From Eremomyces bilateralis CBS 781.70 (lineage: Eukaryota), in the NCBI GenBank assembly GCA_010015585.1, contig ML975151.1: a stretch of DNA of 64,000 nucleotides. One strand, 5' to 3'. Both the position numbers and the translations under genes were made by a program. This document shows, in pieces, positions 37,111-48,054 of this stretch (within the stretch, counting starts at the first letter, position 1; every line of letters begins with the position of its first letter). Below the pieces are notes generated by a model. The model ran no database searches. It saw nothing but the letters and a program-made list of their open reading frames with translations, and was not told where the DNA came from.

Positions 37111-38067
37111 ATGGCTCCCCAAGGGAAGCCCGCAGTTCCTGCGTCCATCAACGCCTGCCTCGTCCGCGCGCTCCGCAACTCCGATGTCTTCGTCTCCCGC
37201 CTCGCCCTCCTCTTCTCCACCCCGTCCTCCACCGATTCGACCCTCAGCCTCCTCGCCTACTCCATGATCCTCGCCTCCCACACCCTGGACAAGCTCCTCG
37301 CCTCACGCATGGAGCTCGTGGCCTCGCAGATCGCTTCGCGCGCCTCGAAATCCCTGCAGCCCGGCGAGACGCTCGTTGCGAGCCTGCCGGTTGGTGAGGT
37401 GTTGGGCGCGCGATGGGCGCGCGCCGCCGACGCTTCGGAGCGGATGAAGACGGCGCGGGCCAAGATCAGCGACTTCCGGGCGTTCGCCCGCCTGTGGGGT
37501 CTCCTGGGCTTGTATGGCTGGGCCAAAGGGCATTGGAAGTCGTATCCTGGCGCCCGTAAACCGGCGGCGGCGGAGGGCGAAGGGGAAGAGGAGGAGGGAA
37601 GCAAGGTCAACAAGAACAAGTATGATCCGACGGCCAACACCACGATTCGAACGATTGTTTGGATGCAGATCTCCGCCTGTGTGGCGTTCCAGGCGCTGGA
37701 GAACGTCGGCTACCTGGCGCAGCATGGCATTATAAAATTGGAGCCAGCCACCACGGGGAAACTGTTCAAATGGAGTTCGAGGGGGTGGTGCACCCATCTC
37801 ACGCTTGAGCTCGTCAGGCTGTGGAAGACCTCGCAGCTTACGAAGCAAAAGAGGAAGGACCTGGCTTATTCGGCCGCTTGGGAGCAGGAGGATGATGCTT
37901 GGTGGAAGAAGTTGACGACCACCTCGGCATGGGCACCGGTTGCGCTCAACTTCAGTGTCGCCCCATCGTACATGTTCCTGAATGAGTTGGGACTGGGGTT
38001 GTGTGGAGGGACCGCTAGCGCCGTCAGTGTTAGAGAACTGTGGAAAAAGTCCGCACCTGCAGTTTAG
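37111..38067 (+). CDS. pex11C: Peroxisomal biogenesis factor, Pex11C-like
   Basis: DSTLSLLAYS, ISDFRAFARLWGLLGLY, FQALENVGYLAQHGII, WSSRGWCTHLTLELVRL, SAWAPVALNFS. Confidence 0.8.
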   Translation: MAPQGKPAVPASINACLVRALRNSDVFVSRLALLFSTPSSTDSTLSLLAYSMILASHTLDKLLASRMELVASQIASRASKSLQPGETLVASLPVGEVLGARWARAADASERMKTARAKISDFRAFARLWGLLGLYGWAKGHWKSYPGARKPAAAEGEGEEEEGSKVNKNKYDPTANTTIRTIVWMQISACVAFQALENVGYLAQHGIIKLEPATTGKLFKWSSRGWCTHLTLELVRLWKTSQLTKQKRKDLAYSAAWEQEDDAWWKKLTTTSAWAPVALNFSVAPSYMFLNELGLGLCGGTASAVSVRELWKKSAPAV

Positions 38068-38306
38068 TTCCTGTTGGCTTTCTAAGGTCCATATGCTCGA
38101 ATTTATTGTGATAGTTCCTCAGCTAACTGTACAGCAGATACCCGGTATCTTGAACGCGGATAGGATAAGCTCATTAAACACTCGCTGCTCTTCAAGCCAT
38201 CTGTAAATACTTTACACAGAGACTCGTCTCTGAAACTGAAGCCGAGCAAGTAGCCGTCATCTATTTTGCCAGAACGCTTCAACCCCAACACGCTCATCCC
38301 CACATC

Positions 38307-39089
38307 TTAAGCGTGATCCCATTGATTGGAAGCACTGATTCTGTTCAACAGGTTAGCTCTTGCGTCCTCATTCTGCGTGTCGTGAAGCATAGTCGAATAC
38401 ATACGAAACCATGTCAAGTTCCAACGTGACTGATGAAACAAGTCCGACCGATCGGGGTATACAAGGATGCTCTCCGTGAATCCTCCATTCAATCCGCATG
38501 GGAACTCCCTGGCCTTGAATTCGAAGGCGGAACCGTTCACATGAACTGAACCCACGGGCGGTTCCAGTCCAAAGTCGCCATCCGAATCCCAGATTGTGTT
38601 CTCGATTGTGTTGTACGTGTCGCCTTCGGAGAGCTCACGAGGCAAGCGAAAGAGCTGGAAGGAACAGAGCGCCTTTGGGTTTCGTTCCTCATCCTCAAAA
38701 TCCCAGTCTTCGTAACATTCCAGGTCGTAGAGTTGAGATCCCAGGGTGAACTCAACGGTGCAAAATTGGGACTTCTGCAGCAAGGCAGGTCGGAGGTCGA
38801 ATATCACGGCGGTGGAGACCTGCTTTCGTCAGCGTGAATATCATCATACTGGAGCTGTTGGGAAAGCCGAAATGGATGTACGAACTCTCCATGACCCTCT
38901 CACATCCGGGTTCTTCCCATCCCAGCCCCAATGCAGCTTTCCACCGTACTGCGTTCCTGATGCTTCATCGGGATTGTCGGAGTCCAGGTGGACGATGAGT
39001 CGGGGGTACCTCTCATCAATCATCTCAACACATGACACTGCCCAGGCAGCCATGAGCGCCAGTCCAGCGGTCACGATGAGTGATTTCAT
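38307..39089 (-). CDS. Secreted protein with But2 C-terminal-like domain
   Basis: Signal peptide MKSLIVTAGLALMAAWAVS; YPRLIVHLDSDNPDEASGTQYGG; intron 38903-38820; VSTAVIFD..CTVEF; FPC; WNLTWF. Confidence 0.6.
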
Positions 39090-39880
39090 TTTCGCAATAC
39101 GAGTGTTCAGTGAGTTTAGTGGTGAAGACTTGACGTGGTAATTGGTTGATCGGCGTCGAGCTACAGCATTAGCGGCCGGGCACATATATACCAGTTCAAA
39201 TGTTCCTGTACTCGGGAAAGCGAGTTCCGCTGCTATCAGGTGGATGTACTGTGATGTTTCCGTCTTGTTTGCTACTTCCTTTTGCTCCCGTCTCAAGTCA
39301 CAAGCGCAAGGGTATGGGTACCTGTGATACAATACCATGTTCCTGGGACCAATGCGACTGCAGCGGAACAAGCTCCACTGGATTTTCATCTTCAAGATAT
39401 CAATCTCGAATAGGACTGGGAAGTGTGCTACAGACCCATCAACCATTGAAATTGGAACTGTTGACCTCGGGAAGTACTGGTATAGGACATTTGGGAGGGG
39501 ACCACAAGGAGAAGCGAATAGCAATGACGAGCAACGAACACCGTATCATGTTAGACCTTCAAACGGAGGCAACGGGAATGTAGCAATCAAATTGATGTCA
39601 TTACGCTTCATATGCGGCTCTCTGCTCTCGTATCTCCATCTAGTCTGACCCGAGTCAATAGCGCCGCATCAGGTCTCACGAAGTCACACGCAGTGTTGCA
39701 TGCATCAGTTCCAACCCAGCCCAACTGCTACCACTCTGGAGGATTTGCGCTCAAGTCTAGACTCTTTCCTATCCAGGCGTATCGCGAAACATCAAATCCA
39801 TTAGTGCAAATTCTGAACAGTGGCAGTATGACGATGCCTGACGGTTGTTGACAACACTCCATTTCATCTATAAACGGGTG

Positions 39881-42121
39881 TTATCTGAAAGGATAATACA
39901 TCTCCTCCAGCGGAACGCCATCTCGTTCATCATGCCATCCTAGATGACCTAGTCCAGGCCAGTTCCATTCTTCCTTCATTCTCATCAATTCTAGCGAAGG
40001 AGGGTCACTCGTAACCCAACCGATGCCGCCTAACCCCGGCAGCGCCATGTTGAACCCAGGAGTAGGAGCCAGTCCAACGGGCCCTGTGGTTAGGTTTCCC
40101 AGTGCGCATCTCATTTCAGGCATGAAGTTCGGCCAGCCTCCTGGTGCGGAAGCCCCTCCAAATCCCATGGGAAAACCCATCCCAGCACCAATTGTAGACT
40201 GCATTTGTGCCACAGCTTCCTGATGCATGCTGGATAGCACTGTTTGCAGTTCGCCCGCAACCGTTCGAATGTCGTCCTCTAGCACCGTCCCTTTGTATTT
40301 CGTTTGCAACTCCCTCCACTTGACCGAGAACTCAGGCCGCTGTTCCAGTCGCGCGAGATTGATCGCCAGTGGCGTCAGTGCCCAAAGGCTCCCCGGGGCC
40401 AGTGTTTGTCCCGAAGCGATCTTCATCCTCGGTGGCGGTGGTCGGGATTTGGGGAACTCGGCCTCGAACCGATGCGGATCCTTGTCCCAGAGCTCCCGCA
40501 TAGCCATCTCCATATGGATTTTGACGCTGCAGCCGACCTGAGCTCGCAGAGTTGTCTCGTCGCGGCGAGCGAGGAAGCGGCGGGCCCAGTCCCGAAGTTC
40601 GTAACTCGGTTGAAGGAATGGAGTAGGGTTGAGCGCCGATTGGTAGATTTCTTCAAATAGAGGAATCGGATCGTCGAATACCACGTGAGGCGTTTCTAGC
40701 CGTCCCAAGGCGTAAAATTGCAACTCTTTGAAATCGAGGGCGACAGCAAGGTGGAAAGTTTGGATGTCCGCGAGCAGCGGCATTGGTGCGGCGGGAGAGA
40801 AGCTGTTGGGGAGGAGGATCGGGGGGCAGACGTCGATCGGAGGTGTACGGCTCAAGGGTAGGACGCCGGCATATGGGATTGGAAGACCGCTTTGAGGTGT
40901 CGACGTTGGTGGAATAAAGGGTAGGAAAGGGACTGACTTCGAGTGTAGTCCGACGGTACGGTCCATCACATTCGCCATGTCTGGGTTATGACTGGCGAAT
41001 GGATCTGCCAGCGGTGCGGTTGCGGTGGGCGCTGCGCCGGGGAGAACCAGTTTCGAGTGATCGGGGAAGTATGACTCTTTAATTATGAAGTGCACCATGT
41101 TCCTAAACACTTGGGGATCCATTGTGGGGGCGGAGATGGCTCGTACATCGTTGAAGATCCATTTCAAGCTTGGATGCGGTTCTATGAAGCCGCGGTCGAT
41201 GACGAAGTTGGTGTCTAAAAACAGGAATTCCACATCGTCTGACTCGGTGGTGGGAGTCCGGCGGACAACGGTCTCGTTTAAGTCTTCATCGATCCTCGTC
41301 ATGGTGGTGGAATTGCACTTCAAATGCGTCTCGAACTTGGGAAGGCATGTTTCTTTGTACCATTTGTTGGCATCGGACCTAGTGATCGGTTTCTGATCTT
41401 CCGCACAATTCGAGCGGACCTCACGAACTCTCCGGCGATAGACACGGATATCGTCAAACGAGTCGTGGATTCCTCGCTGCCATTTCATGGTCTCGTGCGT
41501 TGAATGCCTGCGGTCCAAGGAGATGCTCATTCCGAGAGGCGACTCCTTCCCGAAGGCGCTCCTTGAAAGCGCCCTGATCTCGTACATAATCTTGGCAAAT
41601 TGGTTGCCGTGTTCGAGACGCAGATCCGGCTGGTCGGATTCATGGGTTTCCGGGCAGACCGATAAAAAGTACGCGTGAATCATCTGGTGCAGAAGATTCG
41701 CAATGACCGCATCTGCCAAAACAAAAGGGTTCATGCGAAGGACGATGATTTCTCCTCGAGTCCTTGGCAGCGCCGGTGATGAATAGGTGCCGCAGGTCTC
41801 ATCGTTGTCTGAGAGCGACACATGGGCGCCAGGTCCGATACGGCTGCCGAAGATGGCTTCATCCAATCGGCGCATGATCATCGTGAGCAGGTCAGTCAAA
41901 ATCCTCGGATTGAACTCGGCCGTGGCCTCGAATCGGCCGCGCTCGTTGCGAAGAACCCTGGCCATGTAAGCCTTCCGCCTCTCAAGATTTCGAACCAGTA
42001 CAGCAGTCGCGATGTCCACCCCATACTGTTTCCTTGGTGGTGGTGGTGGCTTAGGGAAGAACGGCGGACGTGGGAAGGGCTCGCGTTCGTAGGGAACCAT
42101 CCCCATGTCGAAGGGATGCAT
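39881..42121 (-). CDS. SprT-like (zincin-type HQxxH) domain plus BTB-like domain protein
   Basis: RRLDEAIFG..ANLLHQMIHAYFL..LEHGNQFAKIMYEI resembles SprT (LLHEMIHAY..HG..F). Downstream VEFLF..FVIDR..DPQVFRNMVHFI..SYFP..DIQTFHLAVALDFKELQFYALGRL is BTB-like. 5' end uncertain. Confidence 0.7.
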   Translation of the reverse strand: MHPFDMGMVPYEREPFPRPPFFPKPPPPPRKQYGVDIATAVLVRNLERRKAYMARVLRNERGRFEATAEFNPRILTDLLTMIMRRLDEAIFGSRIGPGAHVSLSDNDETCGTYSSPALPRTRGEIIVLRMNPFVLADAVIANLLHQMIHAYFLSVCPETHESDQPDLRLEHGNQFAKIMYEIRALSRSAFGKESPLGMSISLDRRHSTHETMKWQRGIHDSFDDIRVYRRRVREVRSNCAEDQKPITRSDANKWYKETCLPKFETHLKCNSTTMTRIDEDLNETVVRRTPTTESDDVEFLFLDTNFVIDRGFIEPHPSLKWIFNDVRAISAPTMDPQVFRNMVHFIIKESYFPDHSKLVLPGAAPTATAPLADPFASHNPDMANVMDRTVGLHSKSVPFLPFIPPTSTPQSGLPIPYAGVLPLSRTPPIDVCPPILLPNSFSPAAPMPLLADIQTFHLAVALDFKELQFYALGRLETPHVVFDDPIPLFEEIYQSALNPTPFLQPSYELRDWARRFLARRDETTLRAQVGCSVKIHMEMAMRELWDKDPHRFEAEFPKSRPPPPRMKIASGQTLAPGSLWALTPLAINLARLEQRPEFSVKWRELQTKYKGTVLEDDIRTVAGELQTVLSSMHQEAVAQMQSTIGAGMGFPMGFGGASAPGGWPNFMPEMRCALGNLTTGPVGLAPTPGFNMALPGLGGIGWVTSDPPSLELMRMKEEWNWPGLGHLGWHDERDGVPLEEMYYPFR

Positions 42122-43346
42122 ATTGTTCAAGATTTTGAAGATGGTAGATCAATCTCCACTAGTGAAACTTGATGATGGTAGAGACTTGGGAGAGACAGAG
42201 TAATAATGTAGCGAAAAGGTGTACCATCGTGCAGACGTCGTTGAGAGCGATCGCATATATATGCCAAAATAACAATGAAGAACGACTCATCACAATATTC
42301 GTTTGAAGTACTGACTATAGGCCGTTTGTCTGTTGCCGTAGTTCAAATTCGGGACGGGAGTTAGTTGCGAATCACCAATCCCAAAACACGTCAATCAGGC
42401 CGCGGTTGGCGTTTAGCAAGTTTGTTCACGTCTGGTTTCACATTCCGTTTCATTCGTCCTGTGCGTGAGGGGTTGAGAGGACGGCACATGTCGCGCTGTC
42501 TCTACGGACCCCCCGTCCCGCGTTTTGGACATCAGCGGGCCGTGATGTTGGCTCTGCCGGCCTAGGCAAACGTTTGCGCTGGATACCGGTATAAGCGGTG
42601 GAATACGCCAAGTGCACATGTGAATCATCGAGGGCGTCCGCCGACGATAGTGTCCGTCTTAGGCCCTGGAAAGCCACAGTGGATGGCTAGGATGTAGCCA
42701 CAAGACTTATTTTCGCCGGGTTGGGGACGGAACAAGCCGACTAATCCACAGAGCAAGCGTATTTGCTTGGGCAGTGCCATGTACGGGAGGTCGAGAACGA
42801 GGCGTGAAAACGGTTGGATGCATTGGTTCGAAGCCAGGGCATCACAGTTGGGCTCCGTTTCCCATTTACTGTGTCAACCTCGGTCAGCAGAAAAATATCA
42901 TCCGACTGCCAATGTCCAGGAGGCAAGGATGGTGGTAGGCGTAAAGAGCAAGATTGTATGTTGGTCGAGTTTATGAGATTGAGATGCTCCAGCCAAAGAG
43001 AGGGAAGATACATCGGCATATGTACATCTCTAAATATGAGACAACGACAGAGAGTGCGGGAATAAAGCAAGACGCTTGAAACTTGATTCCAATGACCCAA
43101 CACAAGCAAATTTATGGGTAGCCGACTAGCCGCCGCTAGTGAAACCCTGAAATGGTGCGAAACAAACTCCTTATCCATTATTTGTACCGACGCAATATCC
43201 AACCTGAGCGCAAGATTTGCCGTCTAAATGATTATCGGGTGCCCCACGCAGTCATGCACGGGAATTGGCGTCCTCTGCGTTCGGCCTTCGCTTTGGTGAA
43301 GCCAGATCGTAGACTTAATCGGTACCTAGTGGACCAATTCTTATAT

Positions 43347-44239
43347 CTAATAGCCACGTCGATCATAGTCGTCGCCTTTACCGGTGGAGCTCCGTCCATC
43401 GCCGCCATAGTGCTTCTTGCGAAGCGCTGCGAGTCTCTTCTTCTTGGTGTGCGCGTTGACGTAGGTGCCGATGACGAAACCGACGAGATTGAAGAATATC
43501 ACCCAGGTTTGCTCGGGGAGGAACTGCTGCGCAAAGGCCAGGCAGATGGGGGAGGTGATCCAGCTGACCTTCATGACTGGCATGAACCCAGCGCGGACCG
43601 TGGCTCGCACTTGATGGAAGGTCTGGGCTCCCGCAATGATGGCCATGGATGCGAGATAGACGGTGTTTTGAATCGGGGAGACCTGACCGATCGTTAGTCG
43701 AACCAATTCTGCGCATCTCCACCCTCTAGTATGTGTATGGGACGACTTACGATCAAATTGCTCACGAGGATTTGCAGGACCTTCGCTTTCACGCTCGTCC
43801 TTCCAGCAAAGATCTTCTGCAGCAGCCAGAACAGCACATGTCCGGTTGGCGCCGCGACGAATGCACCATATATGCCCATCTTGGGCACCCGGGAAGTGAA
43901 GTAATGTCCATTTTTGTTCTTATCGTGAGCGATCCATGATGCCAGGATTTCCTGAAGGGATGACAGCGTCCCGGACGTCAACATTTTCGTGCGCAGCGGG
44001 TGCGATCCGAGTTGCTGGAGGTATGCCTGCGAATCGATTTGGGTCAGCCTCCGTATAGGTACCAACATCAGGACAACGCGCTTCAAACGTACAGCAAGAT
44101 AGCCTTTAGGTCCGCCAGCCTTAGTCAGGGCTGCTCCGACCTCGTGAACCAGGTCGCCTTTCTCGCCGCCGCGTGCCGCACCTGAAGCAGAGACAGGTAC
44201 ATTGCTGCGGATGGTTTCTTTCTCGAACTTGACGGACAT
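43347..44239 (-). CDS. Mpv17/PMP22-family peroxisomal membrane protein
   Basis: MSVKFEKET..GYLA|AYLQQLGSHPLRTKMLTSGTLSSLQEILASWIA..YGAFVAAPTGH..QILVSNLI|VSPIQNTVYL..SWITSPICLAFAQQFLPEQTWVIFFNLVGF; two canonical introns. Confidence 0.92.
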
Positions 44240-44756
44240 GATGACAGGAAACTCAGCAGGATGCCGTTCAGAAGTGAAATTCAAGTGTCCGGCAATAGAA
44301 TAGTTGAGTGGGGGAAATAATATGACAAGTGCAAGGTGGTCTTCGATCACGAATGTTGATCAGTTGATGATGACGGGTTCGTTCGAGTTGTTGTTGTTGT
44401 GCTGTCAGTAGCGCTTCGAGCTGTCCCTCGGCCCCAGCCGGATTCGATTGGTGGTAGATGAAGGACAGGGGGAACCATAGTAGCGCTCCCCGCCTGCTTA
44501 ACCATCTTGGGGAAATTCGGCGAAGTGTCCCTGGACTGCCCCTGTCTTTGATGCAGCATGCTAGAAGCTTGGAACAAGATTAGGACCGAGATCCAAGAAA
44601 CCGATCGCTAGAGATGTACGGAATATATGGTTTGCAGGACATTTATGTCTGCAACAATATCATGTATGGGTTTTCCCCACAACGTGCACGGCACCACTCC
44701 TTGCACGAATTCCACCATCAATCCTCCCATCTTCAAACTTCATTATCTCCATCAAA

Positions 44757-46629
44757 ATGGAGCCTATTGATCTCGCTCTTCGAGAGGCAGACTCTCAAGA
44801 GAATCCCAATTATGCTGAAATAGCTAGAAACTATGGAATCGACCGGTCCACCTTGTCTCGGCGTCATCGTCGTAAATCTCGATCACGACAGGATTTCAGA
44901 GACCAGAAGGCAATACTCGACAGACATCAGGAAACACACCTTATTTCCTACATCAATGACCTCTGCTACAAAGGCTTTCCACCATCTAGTGCCATGGTGC
45001 GTAATTTCGCGAGCGAAATCGCGAAATCTGAGGTCGGAAAGAATTGGGTGTCCCGATTCATCTCAAGGAACAAAGCACAACTCCACGCGCGATATCTCCA
45101 CACCGTCGACAGGAATCGTACGGCCGCTGATAAAACCAAAGACTTTCAAGAATTCTACGCGCTCCTACGCGAAAAAATCGCGCGATACGAGATCCTTCCG
45201 GAGAATACATACAATATGGATGAGAAGGGCATTCTAATCGGAATGGGAACAAAGATGAGGCGTATTATCTCCAGAAAAGCCTGGGACGCAGGAAAGGTGA
45301 AGGGGGCTACGACAGATGGAAGTCGAGAGTGGATCACGATTCTGGCATGTATCTGTGCAGATACGACATATCTTCCGCCTGCCCTAATATACCAGGCGGT
45401 TTCTGGGAACATACAGGACTCGTGGATACAGGACTTCGATACCTCTAAACATTCGGCCTTCTTTACATCGTCTCAATCAGGTTGGACGAACGAAGAGCTA
45501 GGTTTCCAGTGGCTTAGCACCGTGTTTGAGCCCCAAACGAAGCCAAAGGCGCGTCTAAGATATCGTCTTCTTTTCGTGGATGGGCATGGAAGCCATATTA
45601 ACATGAAATTCCTCGGATTCTGCGACCAGCATCGAATTCTTGTCTGTACTTTTCCTCCGCATACGACACATCGTCTTCAGCCACTTGACGTTAGTCTTTT
45701 CAGTCCCCTCGCGACGTATTACGGCCAGGAACTCGATCGCTTCATCTTCCAGAGTCAAGGACTCTGTTCTATTACGAAAAGAGACTTCTTTCGCTTGTTT
45801 TGGGCCGCCTGGGGTAAAACCATGACGAAGGATAATATTGCGAGTGGATGGGCAAAAACAGGCCTCTTTCCGCTAGATGAGCATGCTGTGTTAGGCTCAC
45901 TTATCTCNNNNNNNNNNNNNNNNNNNNNNNNNNNNNNNNNNNNNNNNNNNNNNNNNNNNNNNNNNNNNNNNNNNNNNNNNNNNNNNNNNNNNNNNNNNNN
46001 NNNNNNNNNNNNNNNNNNNNNNNNNNNNNNNNATAGCTCTCCTCCGAGGCGAAAATCAGGGCCTTAGACATGCCATTATGCACGAAAGGAGGAAGCGTAA
46101 GCGTGGCAGACCCTTATTTGAAGAGCTACGTGCTGAATCGGGTTCCAAATCACAGTTCTACAATCCTAAAAAGATCGAGCGAGCTCGTGAGCTCCAGCGA
46201 GAGAAGGATCAGGGCAAACGCGATGAGAAGGCACGGAAAGCACAGGCAAAACTGAATAAAGCACTTCAGAGGGCAGAGAATGATAGGCTACGAGCGGAAC
46301 AAGTTGCTCAACGGGCACAGGACCGTCAGATTAGGGCGGCAGAAAGAGAGGTAGAGCTTGCTCGACGTAGGGCCATTCGACAGGCTGATCGTGAAGCAAG
46401 ATCGGCACAGGCACAGCTTCTCCAAGAGTTAAAAACACCTCGAAACACCAGAAAACGAGCAAAAGAAGCCTCTCCACAGCAAATTGTACAGCCGCAGGTA
46501 ATCAGCAGCGATGTGGAGGAGCTAGATAGCGATGGAGAGGAATCTGAAGGAATGGAGACTCAGACGCGGCGAGGTCGCATTTCCCGGCCACCACGATATC
46601 TTAAGGACTTCGATTTGGGCCCTAAATAA
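44757..46629 (+). CDS. Pogo/Fot1 DDE transposase, interrupted by an assembly gap
   Basis: N-terminal HTH (IARNYGIDRSTLSRR), CENP-B-type HTH (VGKNWVSRF), catalytic NMDEKG / FVDGHGSH / QPLDVSLF, and a charged coiled-coil tail after the gap. Confidence 0.93.
45908..46032. other. Assembly gap (N run)
   Basis: Run of n characters inside the transposon. Confidence 0.99.
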
Positions 46630-48054
46630 GCTTATAGTATCTCAGAATGTCATAACAACAATTTTTTCTAAATCTCTATTGTATATGGGCGCGAATGGCT
46701 GCAAAACTGAGTGCCCATCGCGAGCGCTTATGACGCGATGGACCGTGCAAGGAGTGGTGCCGTGCACGTTGTGGGGAAAACCCATACATAAGGTACTAGT
46801 GTCCTTCGCAAGTGGCCAGATGCATCCTTATAACAATAACGCTGTTGCTGCGGAGCAATATCAGACCAATACTATATGGGCCGTTCGCTGTTGTCTTGCA
46901 CGTCCTGACTCTCAAACCAGGTCAGACTCCATTTGCAACCAAACTCCATCTCTTGAAAAACTTACCATGGTAGACAATAGTAGTAATATAGTACTCTCTG
47001 GATGACTGGATCTGCCGCGCCTATGCGTATAAGCACGATCGGTACTTGGTGGTGGTAACGTCGTGATCCAGAAGGCCAAGAACCCCTCTGCAATGTTCCC
47101 CCACTGCAATGTTCCCCCACAGGTCCCAGAGAATAGCTGCTCGGCGTATCCCCCCGCTGCGCCTTGGGTATTCTCACTTTCTCAGGGATCTCCTTAACAG
47201 CAAGGCCCGTACTCCGTACCTCAACCCCTCCGAAGTATATCAACTGCCGGTCCGCGACGACAATGTCTGCAACCTCATCAACCACAGGATATCGGTCGAT
47301 ACTTCAACGGTTTCCATTTCCAAACTTTACTGGCATTGTAGATTTGAAGCGCCCGGACTCTTCATCGACATGGTCACAAAAGGCGACTCATCATTGTAAG
47401 AGGAAGCCTGAAAATAAAAGGAAAAAGAGTAGGAAACCAGTCTATCAGAAGCTTTGTCGCAAAAAGGGTATAGTATAATTAGATATCTTTCATCAAGGAG
47501 CGACATTTTTTCGTGAGTCTTTATCGTTGACTCCAACGTGTTTGCCGATACTTGTCAAGCCAAAGCGATCGCCCGTTGCACTCAGAGTCATGTCTTGTCG
47601 CGTTTGACTGCTTGCTCGTAGTGGTCGCTTTCTTCCATCTAGCCTTTGCGTAAATTTGTCTTGGGGATGGCGGTTGAAGTTGAATGCCGTCGAAGAAGTT
47701 TGAAGTGTCGTGCCGTCGGTCATATTCGCAGCTCGCGCTTTCCTCGTCGCCACATGCGCATGGGATAGCGATAGTCGGCCCAGCGGAGTAATACACATGA
47801 ATACTGTACAGAAGTGCCACATGAATGATCCGGTTCACGATGCCTCGACTCACCAGAGAGGGTGGCGTCCTCGCAGCCTTATTCTTGTAAATCATCGCAA
47901 GCTACCTCCGTGCACAATCCCTCATGGTGTCTGCTTTTTCCATTCCTTTCCGCCTCTTATCCATTCTCTTCATCCTCTGCCGCCTTTTGAAATTCATTGC
48001 AAACGCGCGTTCATGCTCTCCTGAAGTTATCCGGTTCTCGGCTGGCTTGCCAAC

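Larger units (their letters stand above)
44662..46789 (+). mobile_element. Fot1/pogo-family (Tc1/mariner superfamily) DNA transposon
   Basis: Perfect 46-bp inverted repeats at 44662-44707 and 46744-46789 (ATGTATGGGTTTTCCCCACAACGTGCACGGCACCACTCCTTGCACG), with TA at 44665-44666 and 46785-46786 as the likely TSD. Encloses a transposase ORF. Confidence 0.96.

Noticed and set aside
46800..47540. Short ORFs and a small direct duplication (CTGCAATGTTCCCC x2) right of the transposon
   Set aside because: No recognisable domain; I cannot support a gene or pseudogene call.
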